Assembly: GCA_963813535.1 (NCBI GenBank)
Contig: CAWEZH010000002.1
Coordinates: forward strand, 704,001-768,000
Direction of reading: 5' to 3'
Source: an uncultured Chloroflexia bacterium
GTDB taxonomy: Bacteria; Chloroflexota; Limnocylindria; Limnocylindrales; CSP1-4
Length of the DNA stretch: 64,000 nucleotides
Below the pieces are notes generated by a model. That model was not told the origin of the DNA. It did no database searches and saw nothing but the letters and a program-made list of their open reading frames with translations. Shown here one piece after another: positions 10,354 through 19,072 of this stretch (position 1 is the stretch's first letter; the number at the start of each line of letters is the position of its first letter). A program made the translations under genes and the position numbers.

Positions 10354-10704
10354 CTACGCGCCCTTGGCCGCTTCGGCGATCCGCCCGAACGTCGCGCTGT
10401 CGCGGATAGCCAGGTCGGCCAGGATCTTGCGATCGATCTCGATATCGGCGCGCTTCAGACCGCTGATCAGCTGGCCGTATGTCATGCCGTTCTGGCGCGC
10501 CGCCGCGTTGATGCGGACGATCCACAGCTCGCGCATCTGGCGCTTGCGCTGCTTGCGGTCGCGCGTCGCGTAGGCGAGCGCGTGGAGCAGCGCCTCGCGG
10601 GCGGGCTTGATCAGCTTCGAGCGCGTGCCGCGGCGACCCTCAGCAGCCTTGAGCAGCCGCTTGTGGCGCTTGTGGGCGGTGACGCCTCGCTTGACTCGTG
10701 CCAT
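10354..10704 (-). CDS. rplT: 50S ribosomal protein L20
   Basis: [37 protein letters not shown]. Confidence 0.98.
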   Translation of the reverse strand: MARVKRGVTAHKRHKRLLKAAEGRRGTRSKLIKPAREALLHALAYATRDRKQRKRQMRELWIVRINAAARQNGMTYGQLISGLKRADIEIDRKILADLAIRDSATFGRIAEAAKGA

Positions 10705-10717
10705 GGGTGAGGGGCTC

Positions 10718-10915
10718 CTAGAGGTACGGCAGCAGGCGCCGGACCTGCTTGGCGTGCTGGGGCTTCATCAGGGTCTTGCCCGCGTAGCGCCGGGTGCGGC
10801 GCGACGACTTGATCTCCAGGTGATGGCCACGCCACGCATTGACCCGGATGACCTTGCCGCTGCCGGTCACGCCGATGCGCTTCTGGGCCGCCTTGTGGCT
10901 CTTCATCTTCGGCAC
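10718..10915 (-). CDS. rpmI: 50S ribosomal protein L35
   Basis: GTG start, [12 protein letters not shown]...TGSGK...RLLPY; lies between infC and rplT. Confidence 0.96.
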   Translation of the reverse strand: MPKMKSHKAAQKRIGVTGSGKVIRVNAWRGHHLEIKSSRRTRRYAGKTLMKPQHAKQVRRLLPYL

Positions 10916-10922
10916 GCTGGCC

Positions 10923-11792
10923 TCACTCTCCTGCTTGAACGGGCTCGGGCTCCTGGGCGGCCGGCGCCTTTTGGGCGGGGGCGGCTGGTCGGGGCTCGAC
11001 GGTCTTCTTTGGTGCAGCCGGCGTCTCCGCCGGTGCGTCCGGTGGCGTTTCGGCCGGTTTGGCCGCGACGGCCTTCGTGTCCGCCGCTTCCGGCTTTTCT
11101 GCCTCCGGCTTTTCTGCCGCGGCCGGCGTCTCCGCCGGTGCGTCCGTTGGCGTCTCGGTCGTCGCATCGGCCGGTTGGGCCACGACGGTCTTCGTATCTG
11201 GCGCGGCCGGCGTCTCCGCCGTCGCGTCGGCCGGGATCACATCCGGCGCGTGCTTTCGGTCCGGTGCGTCGTGGCTCTTGGGCTTGTGGAGCGATGCCAT
11301 CGTGATGTGCATCGACTTGCCCTCGAGCAGCGGCGTCCGTTCCGCGACTCCGTGCTCTTTGACTCGATCCACGAACCTGGCGATCAGGTTCCGGCCGATC
11401 TCCGGGTGGGTCAGTTCCCGACCCCGGAAACGCACCGTCACCTTGATGCGGTCACCGTCCTCGAGGAACTCGACCGCGCGGTGGACCTTGGTATCGAAGT
11501 CGCCGACGCCGATCTTCGGTGTCAGGCGGACTTCCTTGAAGGTGATCGAGCGCTGCTTGCGCTTGTTCTCCTTCTCCCGCTTCGTCAGTTCGTACTTGTA
11601 CTGACCGAAATCGAGGAACCGGACCACCGGGGGCTGCGCCATCGGAGCGACTTCGACGAGGTCGAAACCTCGTTCCTGCGCCATCTCGAGGGCCTGCGGC
11701 GTGGGCATGACACCCAGCTGGGCACCCTCTTCGTCGACTACCCGGACCTGTGGGATCCGGATCATCGTATTTACACGCAGGTCTCGACTGAT
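10923..11792 (-). CDS. infC: Translation initiation factor IF-3 with an Ala/Pro/Glu-rich C-terminal extension; ATC start
   Basis: VRVV...QLGVM, DLVEVAP...PPV, KEVRL.PKI, RFRGRE..HPEIG; in-frame ATC at 11792 follows an SD-like GAGGGG. Confidence 0.95.
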   Translation of the reverse strand: MSRDLRVNTMIRIPQVRVVDEEGAQLGVMPTPQALEMAQERGFDLVEVAPMAQPPVVRFLDFGQYKYELTKREKENKRKQRSITFKEVRLTPKIGVGDFDTKVHRAVEFLEDGDRIKVTVRFRGRELTHPEIGRNLIARFVDRVKEHGVAERTPLLEGKSMHITMASLHKPKSHDAPDRKHAPDVIPADATAETPAAPDTKTVVAQPADATTETPTDAPAETPAAAEKPEAEKPEAADTKAVAAKPAETPPDAPAETPAAPKKTVEPRPAAPAQKAPAAQEPEPVQAGE

Positions 11793-11863
11793 GGTTCACC
11801 CCTCTTGGTGCTGGATATCGAACCGACCGGCACGGGCAAACTGCCCCTACCGGGCGAGCGGGC

Positions 11864-11893
11864 AGGATAGCACAGGCCCTTTGAGACCGACAA
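11864..11893 (-). promoter_or_regulatory. Sigma70-type promoter of infC-rpmI-rplT
   Basis: TTGTCG-N18-TATCCT with extended TG. Confidence 0.65.
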
Positions 11894-11917
11894 TGAAATG
11901 GCCACTCGGAGGGTGCA

Positions 11918-12430
11918 GTGCGAACCATCGACATCCTGGCGCTGTTCGACTTCACGTACTGGGCAGATCGGCAGCTGCTCGATGCCGCAGCGGCCGTGCC
12001 TGCCGACGATCTCGTCCGGCCCGCCTCGATCACATATCGGAACCTGCGAGACACGCTCGTTCACACCCTCGATGTGGAACTGACCTGGCGCCGACGCCTG
12101 CGCGGCGAGCCCAAGGAACTCTGGGACGTCTCGCTCGAGGTCGATGACTACCCGACGATCGGAGCGCTCCGTGAGCACTGGACGGCGGATGAAGCGGAGA
12201 TGCGAACGTGGCTTGGGTCGTTGGCCGACGAGGATCTTGTCGCCATCGTCGACGTCGGCAACAGCGATCGATTCCCGCTTTGGTACTACCTCGTCCACAT
12301 CGTCACGCACAGCGAACAGCAGCGCCGCGACGTCCAGATCCTGCTCAGGGACCTCGGCCACTCGGTGCCTGATCTGGAGTTCCTGTACTACGCGGACTCG
12401 GTCGAATCCGCTGCCGAGGACGCCCGATAG
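11918..12430 (+). CDS. DinB family protein
   Basis: LFDFTYWADRQLL, LRDTLVH, W.RRL.G, HIVTHS (third His position is Q). Confidence 0.8.
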   Translation: MRTIDILALFDFTYWADRQLLDAAAAVPADDLVRPASITYRNLRDTLVHTLDVELTWRRRLRGEPKELWDVSLEVDDYPTIGALREHWTADEAEMRTWLGSLADEDLVAIVDVGNSDRFPLWYYLVHIVTHSEQQRRDVQILLRDLGHSVPDLEFLYYADSVESAAEDAR

Positions 12431-12548
12431 ACCTGGCCGGCGCGCAGCGACCGCGACGTGCGCTCCCTGCCCGCCCTGAGCGTCTCTTGGAACATGACAT
12501 GTTACGAGCGACCGCCGAACACTCGGGCCAGGGGAGCTTGGCTGTCAC

Positions 12549-12572
12549 CTGGAACATCACGTGATGTTCCAG
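12549..12572. repeat. Perfect 24-bp palindrome between convergent genes
   Basis: CTGGAACATCAC-GTGATGTTCCAG; related shorter palindrome AACATG-A-CATGTT at 12491-12503. Confidence 0.8.
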
Positions 12573-12610
12573 ATGCCGCTGGCGGCGGACCGTGGAACCC
12601 CCCCCGACTA

Positions 12611-13180
12611 TCACGTCCTGCGTGGCAGGCGGCTCACGAGCACCGCCGCGACCGTTCCCCCGATCAGCCCCAACGCGAGGTCACCGAGCGTGTCCGCGTA
12701 GGCGGTCGCAGCCTCGGGTGAGTCGGGGACGAATGCCACGTACTCGGCGAGCTCCCAGAGGACGGCGGTGCTTGCCGCCCAGCCGACACACAGCGCCGCG
12801 CGGGTCCACGGTCCCCAGGGTCCAGCCCGGAGCAACAGGCCGATCGCCGCCGTGTGGAGCGCCCAATTGACCAGGTGATTCGCGTCGTCCCACCACGCGA
12901 CCGTGTCGTACAGGTCGAGGGCGTTCCCGCCGACATCGATGAGGAACGGGAGACCCAGCAGGATGTCGGCGGCGACCGGGTATGGGAACGCCCGCGGCCG
13001 GCCGAGCACCCACCATCCGACCGGCAGGATCACTAGCGCGATGGGGTACACGAGCGCTCGCCCCGCGAACGCCTTGCCGGTGAACTGCGGCAGATCCGGG
13101 CTCAGGACCGCCCAGGCGAGGAGGACGACTGCCGCGACCTTGATCGCGACATCGACCGCGACGAGGCGGCGATCCGGCAC
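12611..13180 (-). CDS. Hypothetical multi-pass membrane protein (DUF2238-like motifs)
   Basis: Several TMs; LYD...WWD...H, LWE..EY, DTL.DL motifs. Confidence 0.7.
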   Translation of the reverse strand: MPDRRLVAVDVAIKVAAVVLLAWAVLSPDLPQFTGKAFAGRALVYPIALVILPVGWWVLGRPRAFPYPVAADILLGLPFLIDVGGNALDLYDTVAWWDDANHLVNWALHTAAIGLLLRAGPWGPWTRAALCVGWAASTAVLWELAEYVAFVPDSPEAATAYADTLGDLALGLIGGTVAAVLVSRLPRRT

Positions 13181-13189
13181 GCGCCGACC

Positions 13190-15022
13190 CTACCCCACCC
13201 CCCGGGCTTGCGATTCGGCCGCCAAGCGATCTGCGAACGCCTCCCAGGGTTCGGCCGGCTGTTGCTCGCCGCCTCTCGTCCTGGGTGACGCTGTCCGCGC
13301 TTCGATCTCGCGATCGCCCAGCACGACCATGTAGGGCACCTTCTGCTCCTGTGCCGTCCGGATCTTGTACTGCATCCGGTTCGACGAGGCGTCGACCTCG
13401 ACACGCAGCCCACGCCCGCGGAGCACGTCGGCGAGCTCCGACGCCGCCTCGACATGCCGATCGGCGATCGGGATGACCACCGCCTGTACCGGCGCCAGCC
13501 ACAACGGGAATGCTCCAGCGAAGTGCTCGATGAGGATCCCGATGAAACGCTCCAGCGAGCCGTAGATCGCCCGATGGATGGCGATCGGGCGCTGCGGCTT
13601 GCCCTCCTCATCGATGTAGGTCAGGTCGAAGCGTTCGGGGAGCATCGTCAGGTCGATCTGGATGGTCGCCATCTGCCACTCGCGCCCGAGGGCGTCGTCG
13701 ATGTAGATGTCGATCTTTGGCGCGTAGAACGTGCCGTCCTTCGGCTTCAGCTCGTAGCTGATATCGGCGGCAGCGAAGGCCTCACGCGTGAGCTGCTCCG
13801 CCCGTTCCCACAGCGCCGGGTCGCCGATCGCCTTGTCGGGCTTGGTCGCGAAGGAGAACCGCGGCTCCAGTCCGAACCAACCGTATGACTCCCGGACCTC
13901 GCCGAGCAGCGCCACGATCTCGTCGGTCAGCTGGTCGGGGCGGACGTACAGGTGAGCGTCGTCCTGGATGAACTGGCGGACGCGCGTCAACCCTGACAGC
14001 GTGCCCGAGCGTTCGTTCCGGTGCAGCCGTCCGAACTCGCTGAAGCGCAGCGGCAGGTCGCGGTACGACCGCAGCGAGGAGCGGTAGATGAACGTCGACT
14101 CAGGGCAGTTCATCGGCTTGAGACTGAAGGTCTGGTTCTCGGACTCGACCAGGAACATGTTGTCGCGATACAGGTCCCAGTGGCCCGACTGGCGCCAGAG
14201 CTTCTCGGACACCACGATCGGCGTCGACACCTCCTGGTAGCCGCGTCGCTCCTGGAGCTCGCGCATGGCCGTCTCGAGCGTCCGCCAGATGCGCTGGCCC
14301 TTGGGGTGCCAGAACGCCGAACCGGGCGACACATCGTGGAACGAGAACAGATCGAGGGCGACGCCGAGCCGTCGATGGTCGCGCTTCTTCGCTTCCGCAC
14401 GACGCCAGAGATACGCGTCGAGCTCCTCCTGCGTGGCCCATGCCGTTCCGTAGACGCGCTGGAGCATCGGGCGTTTCTCGTCGCCGCGCCAATACGCGCC
14501 GGCGGTGCCGAGCAGCTTGAACGGACCGATCTTGCCCGTGCTCGCTACATGCGGTCCGCGACACAGGTCGATGAAGGGACCCTGCCGATAGAACGTGGTC
14601 GGCGGCATCGGCGTGCCGTCGCGCGTCGACGTCGTAGTCAGGTCGTCGATGATCTCGACCTTGAAGTCCTGACCCTGCTCCGCAAGACGTTCTCGGGCGA
14701 CCTCGGGGGTCTCCTCGGTGAGCTCGAACGGGTGGTCGGCGGCGATCGATTCGCGCATCCGCTCTTCGATCTTCGGCAGGTCATCAGGAGTCAGCGGCCG
14801 GGGCACGAGGAAGTCGTAGTAGAAGCCGTCCTCGATGACGGGCCCGATGCCGAGCTTCGTCCCAGGGAACAGGTCGAGGACGGCCTCTGCCAGGACGTGG
14901 GCGGCGCTGTGGCGCATGGGCCCGAGCTCGCCGGACGCGCCGTGGTCCATGAGCTCCGTCGCACTGCCGCGCTCCGGTGCGTCCAGGACCTCTTCGACCT
15001 CGATGTGCTCGTCGTCCGTCAT
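13190..15022 (-). CDS. thrS: Threonine--tRNA ligase (lacks the N-terminal TGS domain)
   Basis: HSAAH, DLCRGPH, GAYWRGDEK, RDHRRLG, KPMNCP, F.QDDAH, HRAI.GSLERF; SD AAGGAG precedes ATG at 15022. Confidence 0.98.
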   Translation of the reverse strand: MTDDEHIEVEEVLDAPERGSATELMDHGASGELGPMRHSAAHVLAEAVLDLFPGTKLGIGPVIEDGFYYDFLVPRPLTPDDLPKIEERMRESIAADHPFELTEETPEVARERLAEQGQDFKVEIIDDLTTTSTRDGTPMPPTTFYRQGPFIDLCRGPHVASTGKIGPFKLLGTAGAYWRGDEKRPMLQRVYGTAWATQEELDAYLWRRAEAKKRDHRRLGVALDLFSFHDVSPGSAFWHPKGQRIWRTLETAMRELQERRGYQEVSTPIVVSEKLWRQSGHWDLYRDNMFLVESENQTFSLKPMNCPESTFIYRSSLRSYRDLPLRFSEFGRLHRNERSGTLSGLTRVRQFIQDDAHLYVRPDQLTDEIVALLGEVRESYGWFGLEPRFSFATKPDKAIGDPALWERAEQLTREAFAAADISYELKPKDGTFYAPKIDIYIDDALGREWQMATIQIDLTMLPERFDLTYIDEEGKPQRPIAIHRAIYGSLERFIGILIEHFAGAFPLWLAPVQAVVIPIADRHVEAASELADVLRGRGLRVEVDASSNRMQYKIRTAQEQKVPYMVVLGDREIEARTASPRTRGGEQQPAEPWEAFADRLAAESQARGVG

Positions 15023-15039
15023 GTTCGACTCCTTGGAAT

Positions 15040-15262
15040 CACGAAACCCCTCGTCCACTGCCAGGACGAGAGGCATCTCCCGCGGTCCCACCTGCGTTCG
15101 CCGGCTCGAGCCGACGCGCTTTGCTGTCGCGCTATCGGGCGACTCCCGGACCGGTTCGCCGGTCGCTCACGGGTGGTGCGGGTTCGGGGTTCGGTCTCCG
15201 GGCTCCCAGCCATGGCCCAGCTCTCTGTGGACGTTCCCCGAGACGCGTGTCCCGATCGATGC
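15040..15262 (-). promoter_or_regulatory. Thr-specific T-box riboswitch with terminator
   Basis: Stem I with GA-motif arms, AGAGAG and GCTGGGA motifs, specifier ACC; T-box AGGTGGGACCGCG; terminator CCTCTCGTCC/GGACGAGGGG followed by TTT; -10 TACCAT at 15305-15310. Confidence 0.88.
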
Positions 15263-15370
15263 GTATGGTTCAGACCCGCCGGAATGGCCCGACGACAGAC
15301 ATGCATGGTAGCAGCCGAGCGTCCGCCGGCTCCGGCGACGCCTCGTTGGCGAACGGCTCGGAAAGGGATC

Positions 15371-15447
15371 TGGTGGGCGACACTGGACTCGAACCAGTGA
15401 CCTCTTGCATGTCAAGCAAGTGCTCTAACCAGCTGAGCTAGCCGCCC
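15371..15447 (-). tRNA. tRNA-Val(GAC)
   Basis: Cloverleaf GGGCGGC...CTTGC TT GAC AT GCAAG...GGTTCGAGTCC...CCA. Confidence 0.97.
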
Positions 15448-15567
15448 GGATCACGCGGGGATCACCCTGATGACTGCACAGGAGCTCACCCGTCGCGGCC
15501 GTCAATCTAGCAGAGGCACCCGGACTCGTCACGCCTGTCGACCTGGGCGACTCCTCGCGCCCACCGA

Positions 15568-17157
15568 ATGATGCGCGGCCTCGCGTTGCGCCATCTCGCC
15601 GTAGCATACGGGGATGTTCAACGGAGATCGCCCCGGGCCGCACTCCTGACACGGATCCCGCTACACCCGCTCCTGTTCGCCGCGTATGCGGTCCTGTTCC
15701 TCTATTCCGCGAACCTTGCCCTGGTGCTGCCCATCGATGCGCTCGCGCCGCTGGCACGCGCCGTCATCGCTGCCGCCATCCTGACCGCGGTGCTCGCGCT
15801 CGTGCTCCGCGACATCCGCAAAGGGGCGATCGTGGCGTCGGCGATCGTGATCGCGTATTTCGGGTTCGGGCACGTCGCGGGGTTTCTCACCGGTCTCGGT
15901 CTCGGCGACGTGGCCCAGCTCGGAGTGTGGGCCGCGGTCGTCGTCGTGACGTTCGTCCTCGCCGTGCGCGGGTCAGCGAGAGTGCCGCAGGCGACTGCTG
16001 GCCTCAACGTCGTCTCCATCGTCCTGGTCGTGATCGCCGCCGCGACGATCCTGCCGTACGAGGTCACGCGGGCAGGTCAGGAGCCGGTCTCGCACGCGGC
16101 CCCCGTCCTGGCCGGATCCGACGCCGCGCCCGGGCGTGACATCTACTTCCTGATCTTCGACCGATACGGCTCGGCCGACGCGATCGAGCGCCGCTTCGAC
16201 ATCACCGACAACGAGATGTACGGCTGGCTCGAGGAGCGCGGGTTCCAGGTCCCGTCGAACAGCCACGCGAACTATCGGGCAACGGACTTCTCCCTGGCCG
16301 CGACCCTCAACATGCAGTACCTCGACAACCTGACGCGCGACATCGGCCGCACATCGGATGACCGGACGCCGGCACAGGACATGATCCGGGAGCACGAGGT
16401 CGGCCGCTTCCTGAAGTCGGAGGGATACCGGTACTACCAGATCGGGTCATGGTTCGGCCCCACCCGCTCCGTCACGATCGCCGATGAGAACCTCGCGTAC
16501 GGCGTCGCCAGCGAGTTCGAGACGGTCCTGAACGACCTGACGATCATGCCGGCGATCGACCGTGTCCGCGGCGTCGTGAGCGCCGAGCCGACGGAGCGCG
16601 ACCGCCATCGGGAAGGAAGCCTGTTCGGGTTCCGGCAGCTGCGCCGGGTCAGTACTGCCCCGGGTCCGAAATTCGTCTTCGCCCACATCCTCCTGCCGCA
16701 CGATCCGTACGTCTTCAAGGCTGATGGCTCCCCGCTGTCCGAAGCCGACGCGAAGGCCGCGCCGGAGGCTCGGCTCTATGCCGACCACCTGGAGTTCGCG
16801 AACACGCAGATCAAGGAGATCGTGGGGTACCTGCTTTCCGGTCCCGAACAAACCCGACCGATCGTGATCATCGAGGGCGACGAAGGGCCGTTGATGTGCC
16901 AGTCCCTCGACTGCGTGAAGAACACGCCCGAATACCTGCGGATCCGTCTGGGGAACCTTGTCGCGATGTACCTGCCGGGCGTGGAAGCGGTGCTGCCCGA
17001 CACGTTCACGTCCGTGAACACGTTCAGGGTGGTATTCCGCGAGTACTTCGGCGCCGACCTCGAGCCACTTCCCGACCGTAGTTTCACGTGGCCCGACAAC
17101 AAGCACATCTACGACTTCAAGGACGTGACCGAGCAGCTCATCGTTCCGGGTGAGTGA
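15568..17157 (+). CDS. Membrane-anchored sulfatase/alkaline-phosphatase superfamily hydrolase or transferase
   Basis: About 5 N-terminal TMs, then DIYFLIFDRY, NY..T, H.LLPHDPY, IIEGDEG; start codon uncertain. Confidence 0.75.
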   Translation: MMRGLALRHLAVAYGDVQRRSPRAALLTRIPLHPLLFAAYAVLFLYSANLALVLPIDALAPLARAVIAAAILTAVLALVLRDIRKGAIVASAIVIAYFGFGHVAGFLTGLGLGDVAQLGVWAAVVVVTFVLAVRGSARVPQATAGLNVVSIVLVVIAAATILPYEVTRAGQEPVSHAAPVLAGSDAAPGRDIYFLIFDRYGSADAIERRFDITDNEMYGWLEERGFQVPSNSHANYRATDFSLAATLNMQYLDNLTRDIGRTSDDRTPAQDMIREHEVGRFLKSEGYRYYQIGSWFGPTRSVTIADENLAYGVASEFETVLNDLTIMPAIDRVRGVVSAEPTERDRHREGSLFGFRQLRRVSTAPGPKFVFAHILLPHDPYVFKADGSPLSEADAKAAPEARLYADHLEFANTQIKEIVGYLLSGPEQTRPIVIIEGDEGPLMCQSLDCVKNTPEYLRIRLGNLVAMYLPGVEAVLPDTFTSVNTFRVVFREYFGADLEPLPDRSFTWPDNKHIYDFKDVTEQLIVPGE

Positions 17158-17222
17158 TGCGGATCGCCCGCCGGCGCTATCCTCGGTGGCCCGAGATCCC
17201 GACGTTGCCGAGGAGGGCACGC

Positions 17223-17405
17223 ATGATCCCGCTCCTTGCCTATATCGACCCGGGTTCAGGTAGCCTCATCATCCAGGCAGCGATCGCTGCCATCATCGCC
17301 ATCCCGATCTTCTTCCGCACACAGATCGCCCGGGCGATGCGGGCGATCCGGCGCTCGGACGACCACGAGCCGACGGGCGAGGATGACGCGGCCACCAGGC
17401 TCTGA
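17223..17405 (+). CDS. Small single-TM protein with AYIDPGSGS motif
   Basis: Strong SD AGGAGG; 60 aa, MIPLLAYIDPGSGSLIIQAAIAAII... Confidence 0.8.
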   Translation: MIPLLAYIDPGSGSLIIQAAIAAIIAIPIFFRTQIARAMRAIRRSDDHEPTGEDDAATRL

Positions 17406-18822
17406 CCTCCAGGATCCCGGCGCGCCGCACGCTGTCGGCATCGCCGACGGGCGCGACGCCGGGTCATTCCGCGATCCGAGCGGATTCGTCTTCTGGCGTG
17501 ATGGCCAGCCGTACCGCCAGATCCAACGAACGTTCGCGACCGAGTGGGACGGGTTCGAGGCGAGCCCGCTCAAGCGCCGCCTCCTCGACCAGCGACGACT
17601 GATCCCGTACGAGCCGGTCGGGCTCGACTTCGCGACCACGTCCGGCGCCCACGCGGTCATTCGACCGGAGCGGATCGAGTTCCTCAGCTATCCCTACGAG
17701 TGGACGTTCGGCGAGCTACGCGAGTCGGCGCTGCTGACGCTCGACATCCAGCTCGAAGCGATCGGCGCCGGGTGGACCCTCAAGGACGCGTCGGCCTTCA
17801 ACATCCAGTTCCACGACGGCCGCCCGATCCACATCGATTCGTCGTCGTTCGAGCCCCTCGAGGAGGGCGCGCCGTGGGTCGCCTACCGCCAGTTCTGCGA
17901 GCAGTTCCTGGCGCCGCTGGCGCTGGTTGGACGGCGCGACGTCCGGCTTTCCGATCTCCTCAGCGTCGAACCTGACGGGATCGCGCTCGACCTGGCAAGC
18001 CGGCTGCTGCCGCGGCGGACATGGTTCGACTTCGGCCTCCTTTCCCACGTGCACCTCCATGCCAGAGCCCAGCTCCGTCACGCGGGAGGAGACGACGATG
18101 GACGTGCGGCGCGGCGCACCCGCATCCCGCGGGCCCGCCTGGAAGGGGTGATCCGGAGTCTGCGCTCGACCGTCGCTGCGCTCGACTGGCGCGCAGGCGG
18201 CACGGAATGGGCTGACTACGCCGAGCACACGAGCTACGGCGAGCGGGCGGCGGCGGACAAGGACCGACTTGTCGACAGGTTCGTGCGCGAGCTGCCGGGA
18301 CGGCGCGTGTGGGACCTCGGCGCAAACACCGGTCGCTTCAGCCGGATCGCGGCCGAGGCGGGCAAGCGAGTCGTCGCCCTCGACATCGATCCGGCCGCTG
18401 CCGAGCGACACTTTCGCGCCGTCCGCGAGGCCGGGCGGACCGACATCCTGCCGCTCGTCGTCGACATCGCCAACCCGACCCCGGCGCTCGGCTGGGCCGG
18501 GCGCGAGCGGCGCTCGCTCCTGGAGCGGGCAGATGCAGATGCGATCCTCGCGCTCGCCCTGGTCCACCACCTCGCGATCACCCGGAACGTGCCGCTGCCG
18601 ATGCTTCTCGACCTGTTCGCGGAGCTTGCCCCGTGGGCGCTCGTCGAGTTCGTGCCCAAGGACGACCCGATGGTCCGGCGGCTCCTCGCCACGCGACGGG
18701 ACGTCTTCGCCGACTACGACCTGGACAGCTTCCGCGCGGCTGCGGGGATTCGCTTCGAGATCGTCCGCGAGGAGCGGATCGCTGACAGCACGCGGGTGCT
18801 CTTCCTCCTGCACCGACGCTGA
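17383..18822 (+). CDS. NoeA-like protein: kinase-like N-terminal region plus class I SAM methyltransferase
   Basis: SFRDPSGFVF, SYPYEW, LKDASAFNIQF..IHID, WDLGANTG, LALALVHHL. Confidence 0.8.
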   Translation: MTRPPGSDLQDPGAPHAVGIADGRDAGSFRDPSGFVFWRDGQPYRQIQRTFATEWDGFEASPLKRRLLDQRRLIPYEPVGLDFATTSGAHAVIRPERIEFLSYPYEWTFGELRESALLTLDIQLEAIGAGWTLKDASAFNIQFHDGRPIHIDSSSFEPLEEGAPWVAYRQFCEQFLAPLALVGRRDVRLSDLLSVEPDGIALDLASRLLPRRTWFDFGLLSHVHLHARAQLRHAGGDDDGRAARRTRIPRARLEGVIRSLRSTVAALDWRAGGTEWADYAEHTSYGERAAADKDRLVDRFVRELPGRRVWDLGANTGRFSRIAAEAGKRVVALDIDPAAAERHFRAVREAGRTDILPLVVDIANPTPALGWAGRERRSLLERADADAILALALVHHLAITRNVPLPMLLDLFAELAPWALVEFVPKDDPMVRRLLATRRDVFADYDLDSFRAAAGIRFEIVREERIADSTRVLFLLHRR

Positions 18823-18844
18823 CGGAGGCGACAACGTCCGGGGC

Positions 18845-19010
18845 ATAACAAGGCCCACGACGGATACCGCCGTGGGCTTCGTTACGGGCGACCGAAGCCG
18901 CCCGCGTCGCCGGTCCCTCGAAGGTTCGTGGCCGCCGACCGGTGGCTCACGGATGTTCCACGTCCGTGCCGAATCGGATGCCCCAGCAGTCGAGTCGCCA
19001 GCGGCCCGGG
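18845..19010 (-). ncRNA. Candidate structured ncRNA (rod with central bubble, 3' hairpins)
   Basis: TGnTAGGAT -10 at 19012-19017; end-to-end pairing; TTCG-loop hairpin; terminator-like hairpin at 18850-18879. Confidence 0.45.
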
Positions 19011-19072
19011 AATCCTACCAGAGGGTGCGCCAGAGGGACGAACCGAGGGCTGCCCTCCGCCCGATCGTCCGG

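Noticed and set aside
12549-12572. parS site or Firmicutes-type LexA box
   Set aside because: Does not fit TGTTTCACGTGAAACA or GAAC-N4-GTTC spacing; kept only as an unexplained palindrome
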